Assembly: GCA_029860345.1 (NCBI GenBank)
Contig: JAOUBJ010000004.1
Location: forward strand, 202,943 to 266,942
Reading direction: 5' to 3'
Source: Candidatus Zixiibacteriota bacterium
GTDB lineage: Bacteria > Zixibacteria > MSB-5A5 > GN15 > FEB-12
Length of the DNA: 64,000 nucleotides
Below are positions 10,156 through 19,746 of the stretch, piece by piece. A model generated the notes under the pieces. The model was not told the origin of the DNA, ran no database searches, and saw only the letters and a program-made list of their open reading frames with translations. Both the position numbers and the translations under genes were made by a program. Positions within the stretch are counted from its first letter, which is position 1, and the number at the start of each line of letters is the position of its first letter.

Positions 10156-12791
10156 TTCGCCTCATGCCTTTCAAGAAGTGCTATGAATCGGGGTGATTCC
10201 TGCAAAGGGGCAAACAGCGGATCGGCTCTCAGGTACTGTGGTGTGCTCCAACCTGGTATTGACAGGTGGTATTCTAGTTCATCGATGGCCAAATCATACT
10301 GTCCGATTATTGCATATATCTGGGCCATGACCATGACCGGATCAGGTCCTCACCAATGGCAGTTGTCGACAGGCATCAACTCTTTTGCGGTCTTTCCTGC
10401 GGCTACGGCCGAATCAGGCATCCCCATAAAAGCGTAGGTGAGTCCTAACCTGGAATAGATTGGCCAATCATTGGGATGCAGGCTGAAGTCGAAATCCTCA
10501 AGCAGTCGAATCCGGCATGAATCATAGTAGATGAAGGCGGAGTCTTCTCGATCAGTCAGGTCAAAAATCTGGGCGATATTCATGTAGACAAGATAGTCCA
10601 CACGTTCATCTTTTAAGTCCCGCAGGTCGGCGATCATCTCATCCGGATCGGTTCTCTCGATCACGAATCTCCATACTCCGAGAGAAGTAGAGGGAAACAT
10701 CTCATACAGCGACGATTGTGCCGCACCGAGAGCGCTCACGATACTCTCATAGGAGTGGGTAGGGGAATCAACAGTTCCATGCTCCAGCAGGTTCAACAAC
10801 AGACTGTAGTATACCATGTCCCCGTCGGTGGGAGCCAGGACGACCCCGCGATCAACGAACTCCCGGCCCTTTTTGAAGTCACGCAGATAAGAATGAGCGG
10901 TTCCAAGCCAGTAATAATGACGCACCGTGAGTGGATCGATTCTGGCTGCTTGTTCGAAGTTTGATAGCGCCTCGTGCCACTTACCCTGGCGCATCTTCAC
11001 TACGCCGATTTGCTGCAGGAGATCAGCGTTAGGTGCTACTTCTGAAGAGGCCAGCGCGAACGCATCCAGCGCCCGCTCATAATCGCGCTCAAGGAAATTG
11101 TAGTGCGACCCAAGAGCGATGTGTGCTTCCGGTAGACTGGGATCCAACTCCAACGCCTTTTCTGCCGCTTGTAAGCCTGTTGAATCTCGCCTTGCCCCAC
11201 CCCCCTTGCGACCGAATACTAACTGAGTATAAGCCGTTGATTTCTTAGCCCAGGCAAGGGCAAAGCGTGGATCGAGAGCGAGAGAAGAATCAAACATTTC
11301 GATCGCCTCACCCAATTTGGCGACGCGTGCGCTCCTGCCCATAGCGTCCAAACCACGAAGGTAGTAATTGTATGCGGCCATGCTCGTTGTCGGCGCGTAA
11401 TCAGGAGTCTGTCGGTTTGGCTCCAGAAGTGTCAAACCCAAGGCTGTAACAATCTTGGATGCGATTTCCGTTTGCACTTCAAATATCTGAACCATCTGTT
11501 GATCGAAGTTATCGGACCACATCATATAGCTGTTACTGGTCCTGGTCAGCTTGGGAGTAATTCGAAAGCGATCGACGTCGCCTGATCTGTCCCAACGAAT
11601 AGTGGCCTCGAGAATATAGTCCGCTCCCGTCTCCTTACCAATCTGCTCTATACTCCTATCTACGTCTCGGTACTTCTCGGCGCTGTTGTTTGACAGCAAG
11701 CGTAGTTCCTTGATAGTAGAAAGGCGCGAACTGATCTCCTCACGGATGCCGCTGGAAAAATACTCATCATCGGCAGCACCAAGATTTACGAAGGGTAACA
11801 CAATGAGAACCGGCGGCTGAGCCTGAGCCGACTCCTCCCCAGCGGTGAAGAGTGTGGAAATCAAGTATCCCCCAGCGACGCAAACCACTGCAGCCGATGC
11901 CAACCATACGAAACGGTTTTTCCTGGGCGGCGCTGTTTCGACGGTCAGTCGTCTCAGGTCGGCCAGCATTCCGTCGGCATGCTGGTATCTGAGGGCAGGG
12001 TCCTTGGCCAGTGCCTTGTTGATTACCTGTTGCAGCTCCCCCGTCACGCCCGATTTGAATCGAGCAATTGGTTCCGGTGTCGACGTGGTAATCGCTCTTA
12101 TTATCGCAGCATCATTGTCCCCTTCGAAAGGACGACGACCGGTTAACATCTCATATAGGATCACGCCGACTGAGAACAGGTCTGACCTCTTATCGACTTT
12201 TCCGCCGGTAATCTGCTCCGGCGCCATATACCCGACCGTGCCCAGAGTCGACCCGGTCTGGGTCAGCTTCTCTTCGCCCGAAACTGTGGCCAGCCCAAAG
12301 TCCAATAGGCGGGGTTTGCCTTTACTGTCTATGATAATATTGCCCGGCTTGATATCCCGGTGAACCACCCCTGCTTCGTGAGCTTCGTGCAGTCCTTCGC
12401 ATATCTGCTGGGTCAGACTCACAGCCTCGGCAACCGAGAGTTTGCCTTGTTTGACCACATCCCTCAACGGTTCTCCCGTAATATGGGCCATGGCAAAAAA
12501 CGGTCGCCCGTTATACTCACCTACTTCATACACCGGGACGATATTCGGATGATCGAGTTTGGCGGCCGCCTTGGCTTCGCGAGTAAACCGAGTACGACTG
12601 TCTTCGTCCCGGCACAAATGCGTCGGCAGAAATTTCAGGGCGACATTTCGAGACAGCTTGGTGTCCTCAGCCAGGTAGACTTCACCCATACCACCGGCGC
12701 CGATCTTCTCGACAATCCGGTAGTGCGAAACCATCGTGCCTTTGGTCAGCACGACGTGCGTGCGTGTTTTGTCGTCGTCGTTAGGTTCCAT
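10152..12791 (-). CDS. Ser/Thr protein kinase-TM-TPR protein with in-frame TGA at 10350..10352 (candidate Sec/readthrough); conventional call would be 10350..12791
   Basis: The ORF 10350..12953 ends ...MPVDNCHW-TGA. The 60-aa ORF 10152..10334 is in the same frame (12953 and 10334 are both 2 mod 3). The likely true start is ATG at 12789..12791 ([39 protein letters not shown]), because the upstream 54 codons overlap the cupin gene. The stop of the extended frame overlaps the next kinase start as ATGA (10152..10155). Confidence 0.6.
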
Positions 12792-12801
12792 ACTATCCGA
12801 T

Positions 12802-13170
12802 TCAATCTGCCAACTGCACCACCACAGCGAGCGCGGCAGTGTCACCCACCACACGACTTCTGTGACCCTTGCCGGTTGTGTCCTCAACCATCGTGACGCT
12901 TCCGGGGCCGAACCGGCGCGTTTCACCGTCTGAGGTCTCGGCTTCAATCTCACCAGCGAGGTAGAAAAGTAATTGGCGGCAGGGCGCTGGGTGCCAGTCG
13001 CCGAACCAGCCGGCCAGCGCTCTCAGATATCCAAATTGTGTCGCCGGTGTGAACGACGAGAGATCCAGCGGCGGCGCCGGAGGAGCAAAGTCGATTGTCT
13101 TAAACTCAACCTCCACATCCTCAAAATGCGATTCGCCGCTGTCGTCGGTATAGACCCGCGTGTACTTCAT
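12802..13170 (-). CDS. small cupin-fold protein
   Basis: 122-aa ORF with a cupin-like beta-barrel signature (...YLAGEIEAETSDGETRRFGPGSVTMVEDTTGKGHRSRVVG). It ends 10 nt before the first kinase start, so it looks like the first gene of the kinase operon. Confidence 0.65.
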   Translation of the reverse strand: MKYTRVYTDDSGESHFEDVEVEFKTIDFAPPAPPLDLSSFTPATQFGYLRALAGWFGDWHPAPCRQLLFYLAGEIEAETSDGETRRFGPGSVTMVEDTTGKGHRSRVVGDTAALAVVVQLAD

Positions 13171-13459
13171 TCGAATTGTTTCCTCAGAATCGAATTATGG
13201 TTAGGTTCAGTGGTATTGCTCCTGCAATCAAAAGACTGGTGACCTCAATCGGTCCGAATAGGCCATGAGACCGTGATAACACGACGCCCTCGTTATGAGG
13301 TTATCCTTGACCCTAATCTAAGTGGTTGCCCGTGTGCTTTGCAACGTCAAAAACAGAGTTTTAGCTGGATCGGCTGACCACTTCTCAGGCGCCGGGACGG
13401 CTACACCAGGTAGGCGGACACCGGCTGTAACCGAAAGGGTCAAGGGCATTTTTAATGCC

Positions 13460-13487
13460 TTGACGGCATTAGGAGAATCGTTATATT
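13460..13487 (+). promoter_or_regulatory. candidate sigma70-type promoter for rpmH
   Basis: TTGACG (13460..13465), a 16-nt spacer, then TATATT (13482..13487), about 30 nt upstream of the rpmH ATG. Confidence 0.3.
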
Positions 13488-13515
13488 ATCGGGCTAAACT
13501 ATAGAGGATTTTTGA

Positions 13516-13668
13516 ATGAAAAGAACATTTCAACCATCGAATCGCAAGAAGCTAAACGACCACGGCTTCCGCTCCCGTATGGCCACCAAAGGCGGCCGTC
13601 GTGTCCTGGCTCGTCGTCGCGCCAGGGGCAGAAAAAGATTGACCGTCAAAGTTGGACGCAAGAAATAA
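13516..13668 (+). CDS. rpmH: 50S ribosomal protein L34
   Basis: 50 codons, below the ORF-track cutoff: [53 protein letters not shown] at 13666..13668. This is a typical L34 sequence and it sits directly upstream of rnpA. Confidence 0.9.
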   Translation: MKRTFQPSNRKKLNDHGFRSRMATKGGRRVLARRRARGRKRLTVKVGRKK

Positions 13669-14002
13669 ACTACCGCGCTCAGACAGCCTGAAAAACCGGC
13701 GCGAGATCGATCACCTATTCTCGAACGGACGAAGGCTTTCCACACCCGGTCATGCCTGTGTCTGGACAGAGGCTGACCAATTCGGCTACGCCGTTTTTGT
13801 TTCTCGACATCACGGCTCGGCGGTCGAGCGCAATCGGATCAAACGTCGCTTCAGGGAAGTGATCAGACAGGTCAAAGCATTATTGGACAGACCGATAAAA
13901 GTGGGATTCATCCCCAGCCAGCAAAGCACCAAATCCAGCTTCGAGCAGGTGTACGGTGAAATCCAAAGCACTTTCAAACAGATCAACAGAAACCTCAGCT
14001 AA
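13652..14002 (+). CDS. rnpA: ribonuclease P protein component
   Basis: 116-aa basic ORF (TTG start overlapping the rpmH end) containing [10 protein letters not shown]...IKRRFRE. The position between rpmH and yidD/yidC is conserved. Confidence 0.8.
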   Translation: MDARNKLPRSDSLKNRREIDHLFSNGRRLSTPGHACVWTEADQFGYAVFVSRHHGSAVERNRIKRRFREVIRQVKALLDRPIKVGFIPSQQSTKSSFEQVYGEIQSTFKQINRNLS

Positions 14003-14222
14003 CCAAGGGCTGATCAGCAGTTTTCTCATTCTGTTGATCGATTTCTACAGGTATGCTTTGGCTCATTTGTTCAGTGGAGGATGTCGTTTTGAACCTTCGT
14101 GCTCCCGTTATGGTCAAGATGCCCTGCGCAAGTACGGAGCATGGAAGGGGAGCATAATGACCATCAGGCGCGTGCTCCGGTGCCACCCGTGGCATGAGGC
14201 AGGCTACGATCCGGTCGAATGA
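13956..14222 (+). CDS. yidD: membrane protein insertion efficiency factor YidD
   Basis: Carries the hallmark ...FYRYALAHLFSGGCRFEPSCSRYGQDALRKYGAWKG...RCHPWHEAGYDPV. The start codon is uncertain: GTG at 13956 overlaps rnpA. Confidence 0.8.
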   Translation: MKSKALSNRSTETSANQGLISSFLILLIDFYRYALAHLFSGGCRFEPSCSRYGQDALRKYGAWKGSIMTIRRVLRCHPWHEAGYDPVE

Positions 14223-14274
14223 AGCTCGGGATAGAGATAGTCTACAGGGATAGAAACAGACAGGGAAGGCGATT

Positions 14275-15990
14275 TTGGACAAAAAGACTTTACCGTTAGT
14301 TATACTGCTGGTCGTGGTCATCATTTTCTACGGCCAGATTCTGGAATTCTTGGGATTGGTCGAACCGGCTCCGCTGCAGCTCCCAACTGAAACCCCGATC
14401 GCAACCGACACAGCATCCGTCGCCCAGACCACTTCTGATTTTGAACCGGCCACCACCGGTACCGATATTCAGCGGTCTCCAGATCGGCTGGATGTTGAAT
14501 CGAGCGGCTCCCTTGACTCAAATCCACCCGACACCATTGTTGTTTCCACCAACAAATACGATGTAACTCTGAGTAGTTTCGGCGGCGGTCCGGTTTCGAT
14601 GAAGCTCAAAGAGTATTTCTATCGGGACGGCGAAGAAATCGAGATGCTCCCGAAAGCGACAGCTGTCACGCCCGAGGCGACTTTTGCCGGTGGTACCTTT
14701 TCGACCTCCAAAACCCCATTCGTGTCCAGTCTTGTTGCAGGCAGTTACGATGCCACTCGGGATACTTTCGAGGTGGAGTACACATTTGACAATGGCCAGG
14801 GCGGCCGCATCATCAAGCGGCTGCGTTTCTACCCGGACAGTTATCATTACGATCTGGCCGTCGAACTGGAAGAGCCGCGGAATCTTGGGTTCGAACGGTC
14901 GTACAGGATTACCTGGAACACCCCGCTAGGTGTCACCGAACCTCAGGCCACGATCGACTACGACGCCATGGAAGCGGTCACCATGCAAGGGGGTGCCCGT
15001 GAAACCCTGGATGAGTTCGACGACGGTCGCCTGAATCAGTCGGTCGAAGGCGCCACTGTCTGGGCCGGAGTGCGCTCCAAATATTTCGCGGCTGTACTGA
15101 TTCCACAAAACCGACCGGCAGCGAGCGCTTTTGCCAAGGGGCTCAAACAAGATGTCTCCACGCCCGATGGCTCCACCGAAGCACGGTATATCACGGCCGG
15201 CATGGATTTGCAATTCACCGGTCTTGAGAATCATAGTGACAGCTTCAGAGTCTTTGTGGGACCGCTTGATTATTCGCTGTTGGACGGGTACGATGTCGGT
15301 CTTGAGGATATGCTCGGTATCGGCACCACTCCATTTGTCGGCTGGATTATCAAACCGTTCGCGATTGCTATTATCTGGTTGTTGCCGCGTTTGTACAGTT
15401 TTCTCCCCAACTACGGTCTGGTGATCATTCTATTCGCGCTGATGGTCAAGATTGTGACTTTGCCGCTGTCGATGAAATCGTTCAAATCGATGCAGGCCAT
15501 GCGCGACCTGCAGCCGAAGGTCGATGAGTTAAAAACCAAGCACAAGAAGAACCCGCAGGCAATGAACCAGGAAATGATGAAGCTCTACAAAAAGCACGGG
15601 GTCAGTCCGGTCTCCGGCTGTCTGCCGATGCTTCCTCAGATGCCTCTGTTTTTCGCCCTCTTTAGTGTCTTCCGGTCGACCATCCTGCTTCGCGATGCAC
15701 CTTTTGTTTGGTTCATTAATGATCTGTCGCGCGGTGCCTCGGGCTTTTCAGATCCATACATTATTCTCGTGGTCATCATGGTGGTCGCACAATTCTTGTC
15801 GCAACAACTGACCATGCCCAGCACACAGCAGAACAAAATGATGATCTATCTGATGCCGTTGTTCATGGGTTATATCTTTTACACGTTCGCCGCCGGGCTG
15901 GTATTGTACTGGATTTGCTTCTCAGTATTCTCCCTGCTTGATTACGTGCTGTTCAAGAGGAAGAAAAACGCGCAAGTGATGACTACCTGA
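14275..15990 (+). CDS. yidC: membrane protein insertase YidC
   Basis: 571 aa with an N-terminal TM, a large periplasmic domain, and the conserved C-terminal core (PLSMKSFKSMQAMRDLQPKVDELKTKHKKNPQAMNQEMMKLYKKHGVSPVSGCLPMLPQMPLFFALF). Confidence 0.92.
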   Translation: MDKKTLPLVILLVVVIIFYGQILEFLGLVEPAPLQLPTETPIATDTASVAQTTSDFEPATTGTDIQRSPDRLDVESSGSLDSNPPDTIVVSTNKYDVTLSSFGGGPVSMKLKEYFYRDGEEIEMLPKATAVTPEATFAGGTFSTSKTPFVSSLVAGSYDATRDTFEVEYTFDNGQGGRIIKRLRFYPDSYHYDLAVELEEPRNLGFERSYRITWNTPLGVTEPQATIDYDAMEAVTMQGGARETLDEFDDGRLNQSVEGATVWAGVRSKYFAAVLIPQNRPAASAFAKGLKQDVSTPDGSTEARYITAGMDLQFTGLENHSDSFRVFVGPLDYSLLDGYDVGLEDMLGIGTTPFVGWIIKPFAIAIIWLLPRLYSFLPNYGLVIILFALMVKIVTLPLSMKSFKSMQAMRDLQPKVDELKTKHKKNPQAMNQEMMKLYKKHGVSPVSGCLPMLPQMPLFFALFSVFRSTILLRDAPFVWFINDLSRGASGFSDPYIILVVIMVVAQFLSQQLTMPSTQQNKMMIYLMPLFMGYIFYTFAAGLVLYWICFSVFSLLDYVLFKRKKNAQVMTT

Positions 15991-16095
15991 TATGCCGTCA
16001 AAAAAAAAACCGATGATCTGGATGATCTATTAGACGGTGATAGTATTGCCGCTGTTATCACGCCACCGGGCCGAGGCGGCATAGCGGCCATCCGA

Positions 16096-17403
16096 GTGGC
16101 CGGGCGGTTATCGCTCAGACTGCTCAAAAAACATTTTCAAAGTGACCAGCAGGGCAAGCAGTCCTTTACTCCGTTCATGTTGAAGCATGGCTGGTTCTGT
16201 CACGCCGACGGCGCCAGGCTGGACGAAGTAATGGCTGTCTATATGCCGTCCGGACGCTCGTATACCGGGATGGATCAAGTGGAGGTTTACTGTCACGGCG
16301 GCTCAGAAGCTGTTAAACAGGTACTTAATGAATTGCTGAAATCGGGAGCGCGAGCCGCCGAGCCGGGTGAATTCACACGACTGGCCTTTCTCCATGGCCG
16401 CATTGACCTGACTCAAGCTGAAGCAGTGGGCGAACTTATCGATGCCCAAACCAGCGTATCGTATGATGCAGCCCGGGAGCATCTGTCGGGAGCATATACG
16501 GAGCATGTTAACATGCTCCGAAGTGGGCTGGTGGAAATCCTGGCCGAAACTGAAGCTGCGATCGATTATCCGGAGGATGACATTGGGCCTGATGGCGGTG
16601 CGGGATTGACCAAATCACTAAACGAGTTAATGGATCAAATAAGGCGATTGAAGGAGAGTTATAGCGCTGGTCGCATTTTGCGCGATGGCTTCAAAATAGT
16701 GATCGCAGGTCGACCGAACGCCGGTAAGTCAACACTGTTCAACCTGTTGTTGAGACAGGAACGCGCCTTGGTAACCGCCACGCCGGGAACCACCCGGGAC
16801 TATCTGTCGGAGTGGATCGACATAGAGGGCATACCGGTAAACCTGATAGACACGGCCGGCCTGCGAATCGGCGGCAGCCAGATCGAGAAGGCCGGTCAGG
16901 ACCTGGCTCGGCGGCTGATTTCAAAATGTGATCTGCTTATCTGGATTGTGGATATGTCCCGAAAGAGATGGTCATCAGAGCTTCAGGCCGACCTTGAGGA
17001 CCTTGGGAGGATGCGTAAGTTATTAGCAGGTAATAAGATAGACGTGTTGACAAAAGCCGATCAAAAGCTCGAACAGAGCCGACACGCCCACTTGATGCCT
17101 ATCTCCTGCCTGAGCGGACAGGGAGTTGACGAATTCTCCAGCAGTTTATCTACAATCATTCGGGAGTCGATGCCCGATCTCACTTCCGGCCTGGTGGTGA
17201 CTTCGGCACGGCATCAGCAGAAACTTCAGCGCGCCCTGAAACAAATTAGACGAGCCGGAAAACTGCTCAGGTTGGGTGAGTCGCCGGAGTTGGTCGTTTT
17301 TGAGTTGCAGGCTGCTGTGACCGCTCTTGACGAAATCACCGGCAGGATTTATAATGACGAGATATTGGATAGGATTTTCGCTAAGTTTTGTATTGGCAAG
17401 TGA
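16096..17403 (+). CDS. mnmE: tRNA modification GTPase MnmE (5' end probably extends upstream, see finding)
   Basis: G-domain motif GRPNAGKSTLFN and C-terminal ...FCIGK. The conserved N-terminal motif DSIAAVITPPGRGGIAAIRV is encoded upstream of the GTG at 16096 in the same frame, which is open from 15991. That stretch has no ATG/GTG/TTG. Confidence 0.9.
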   Translation: MAGRLSLRLLKKHFQSDQQGKQSFTPFMLKHGWFCHADGARLDEVMAVYMPSGRSYTGMDQVEVYCHGGSEAVKQVLNELLKSGARAAEPGEFTRLAFLHGRIDLTQAEAVGELIDAQTSVSYDAAREHLSGAYTEHVNMLRSGLVEILAETEAAIDYPEDDIGPDGGAGLTKSLNELMDQIRRLKESYSAGRILRDGFKIVIAGRPNAGKSTLFNLLLRQERALVTATPGTTRDYLSEWIDIEGIPVNLIDTAGLRIGGSQIEKAGQDLARRLISKCDLLIWIVDMSRKRWSSELQADLEDLGRMRKLLAGNKIDVLTKADQKLEQSRHAHLMPISCLSGQGVDEFSSSLSTIIRESMPDLTSGLVVTSARHQQKLQRALKQIRRAGKLLRLGESPELVVFELQAAVTALDEITGRIYNDEILDRIFAKFCIGK

Positions 17404-17418
17404 GTTTCACGTGAAACT
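17403..17418. promoter_or_regulatory. parS-like ParB binding site (14/16 match to the palindrome)
   Basis: AGTTTCACGTGAAACT. The core GTTTCACGTGAAAC is identical to the perfect site at 19862. It lies immediately after the mnmE stop. Confidence 0.5.
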
Positions 17419-17860
17419 GATAAATCAGTTTTTGCTGCCTTCGGCAGTGATAAATCACTTTTTCGCGCTACGCGCGTTATGAGTAAGTATGTGAAAACCT
17501 TGGAGTCATGGGCGCGAAGCGCCAAGAAAGTGATTTATCACCCCCGAGCGAGGCTTGAGGGTGCCACCCACCGGATGGATTTGTGAATGTGATGATACAG
17601 CGTGACTGTAGACCCAGACCGGGCTTGATGGTATCACCCGCCGGTCGACATCGCGCAGGGAGCGGCCATGAGTCGCCCCAACAAGTTGGTTGTGGATTCG
17701 GCCGCGCTTGTTGTGACAAGGTGTGGTCTTCAAAGTCCCCTCTTGAGAGGGGATTCAGGGGTGTGTTTTTTCCGCCACCGACTGAAGAACACACCCCGCC
17801 CCGCCGTCGGCGGGGCACCTCTCTCGAGAGGGGAAAAGAGACATGAATTAACTGTAGTTT
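17419..17860. repeat. intergenic mosaic of palindromic repeat modules
   Basis: Contains an inverted pair of the GTGATAAATCAC/GCGC-arm module (17447..17476 and 17511..17541), the CCCCC..GGCTTGAGGGTGCCACCC module (about 17541..17574), and further hairpins (for example CCCCTCTTGAGAGGGG, CCCCGCCGTCGGCGGGG). Confidence 0.7.
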
Positions 17861-17874
17861 AGAGTTGCAGTATC

Positions 17875-19746
17875 TTGACAAATCGAGATTTTGACATAAT
17901 AGTCGTCGGCGGAGGCCATGCTGGAGTCGAAGCAGCACTGGCGGCTGCCCGCATGGGGCGGCAAGTGGCCCTGATCAGCATGGATAAGACCAAGCTGGCC
18001 CTGATGTCATGTAACCCGGCCATTGGCGGAATCGGCAAGTCGCACCTGGTGAAAGAAGTGGATGCCCTGGGCGGCCTGATGGCCGAAGCTATTGACGCCA
18101 CCGGGATACAGTTCCGTCGGCTGAATTTATCGCGTGGCCCGGCCGTTTGGTCCACCCGAGCCCAGGCCGACCGAATCCGCTACAACGAGTATGTCTGCAC
18201 CCGGGTTTCCTCGGTGGAAAACATCGAGCTGATCGAAGAAACGGTTGATCGATTAATCGTCCAGAATGGTGCGGTCTGCGGTGTTGACACCAAAAGTGGA
18301 CGTGTAATCAGCGGCCAGGCAGTCGTAATCTGCTCCGGCACTTTCCTGTCCGGACTTATTCATATTGGAGAAACTCAGACCGAGGCAGGACGCATGGGTG
18401 AGCCGGCTGCGACAGGACTGTCTGGTTCTCTGCGAGAGCACGGTTTCGAAACCGGACGCTTGAAAACTGGTACGCCGCCTCGGCTCGATGGTGATACGGT
18501 CGATTACTCACGATGCCGGGTGCAGCCGGGCGAGGAACAAGTTCCTTTTTTTTCGGCCCGATCATCGCGACGCTTGATTAACCAAATCCCGTGCTATTTG
18601 ACCGATACCACCGCTGCGACTAAACAACTGATCAGGGACAGTTTCAGGCAGTCGGCCATGTTCTCAGGCCAGATAACAGCTACCGGCCCCCGCTACTGCC
18701 CGTCTATCGAGGACAAGTTCTTTCGCTTTCCAGACAAGGCCACACACCAGGTATTCCTGGAGCCGGAAGGCAACGGCACCAGCGAAGTTTACCCAAATGG
18801 CTTTTCGACAGCCTTACCGGAATCGATACAGCTGGCTGCAATCAGGACTGTCACCGGCCTGGAGCAGGCGGACCTTACTCGCCCCGGTTATGCTGTCGAA
18901 TACGATTTCTGTCCACCTTTCCAGCTCAAACCGTCACTCGAAACGCGACGAATCTCAGGGCTCTTTTTTGCCGGGCAGATCAATGGAACCTCGGGCTACG
19001 AAGAAGCGGCCGCCCAGGGACTGTTGGCCGGCTTGAATGCCGCGCTCTGTCTGTCAAAACAGCCGCCGCTGATCCTTGATCGATCCGAGGCGTATACCGG
19101 GGTGATGATTGATGATCTTTGCACCAAGCCGATCACCGAGCCATATCGGATGTTCACTTCGCGGGCCGAATACCGATTGGCCTTGCGTGAGGATAACGCC
19201 CGCGACCGGCTAAGTTGTTATGCCCAGCAGTACGGCCTGGTGGATCCACCGGAACTGGAGGCATTCACGCGCTTGCAGTCGGAGACAACCGGCCTGGTAG
19301 CGAAACTGGAGGCGACCCGAATAAAAGTAGCTGATTTGGGGGTGGCCGGTGAACGCTTTCAGCGGGCCGACTGGGTGAGTCTGGCCAATTTGATCCGTCA
19401 GCCACATCTGACACTGGATGAATCTTTGGGCATCGTGGCCGAATTTGAGTCCGACCTCTCTGAAGGGCCGGAATTGCTGCAACGCGCCGGGATTCAAATA
19501 CGGTACAAGGGATATCTGGTCAAACAACAGCGGGAGATCGACAAATTCAAACGGCTGGAGACGATGACAATTCCGGCGAAGTTCGACTATCTTGCAATCA
19601 CCGGCCTAAAAAAGGAAGCAGCGGAGCGGCTGGCTCGGTATCGGCCGCAATCATTGGGTCAGGCCGGTCGACTGGAGGGGGTGTCACCCGGCGATCTGGC
19701 TATTTTGTCAGTCCATTTGAAGAGACAGGGGGCTGTTTCCGAATGA
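17875..19746 (+). CDS. mnmG: tRNA uridine 5-carboxymethylaminomethyl modification enzyme MnmG (GidA)
   Basis: 623 aa; FAD-binding N-terminus DIIVVGGGHAGVEAALAAARMG; conserved throughout. Confidence 0.95.
   Translation: MTNRDFDIIVVGGGHAGVEAALAAARMGRQVALISMDKTKLALMSCNPAIGGIGKSHLVKEVDALGGLMAEAIDATGIQFRRLNLSRGPAVWSTRAQADRIRYNEYVCTRVSSVENIELIEETVDRLIVQNGAVCGVDTKSGRVISGQAVVICSGTFLSGLIHIGETQTEAGRMGEPAATGLSGSLREHGFETGRLKTGTPPRLDGDTVDYSRCRVQPGEEQVPFFSARSSRRLINQIPCYLTDTTAATKQLIRDSFRQSAMFSGQITATGPRYCPSIEDKFFRFPDKATHQVFLEPEGNGTSEVYPNGFSTALPESIQLAAIRTVTGLEQADLTRPGYAVEYDFCPPFQLKPSLETRRISGLFFAGQINGTSGYEEAAAQGLLAGLNAALCLSKQPPLILDRSEAYTGVMIDDLCTKPITEPYRMFTSRAEYRLALREDNARDRLSCYAQQYGLVDPPELEAFTRLQSETTGLVAKLEATRIKVADLGVAGERFQRADWVSLANLIRQPHLTLDESLGIVAEFESDLSEGPELLQRAGIQIRYKGYLVKQQREIDKFKRLETMTIPAKFDYLAITGLKKEAAERLARYRPQSLGQAGRLEGVSPGDLAILSVHLKRQGAVSE

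Noticed and set aside
7669-10352. Genome-wide reassignment of TGA (code 4/25) as the explanation for the in-frame TGAs
   Set aside because: Many well-conserved genes in the window end cleanly at TGA at the expected position (for example yidC at 15988..15990, mnmE at 17401..17403, and the DUF1566 protein at 29313..29315). Standard-code ORFs are long and intact everywhere else, so any recoding must be local.
12792-12953. 54-codon N-terminal extension of the kinase ORF (track start 12953)
   Set aside because: It overlaps the cupin gene, encodes an Arg/Trp-rich sequence unlike a protein, and all paralogs start at the equivalent of the ATG at 12791.
13171-13515. oriC in the rpmH upstream gap (the classical position, and the point where gene orientation switches)
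   Set aside because: The gap is only 345 bp, there is no dnaA gene, and no DnaA box is better than 2 mismatches (TTATCCTTG). It is kept only as a promoter region.
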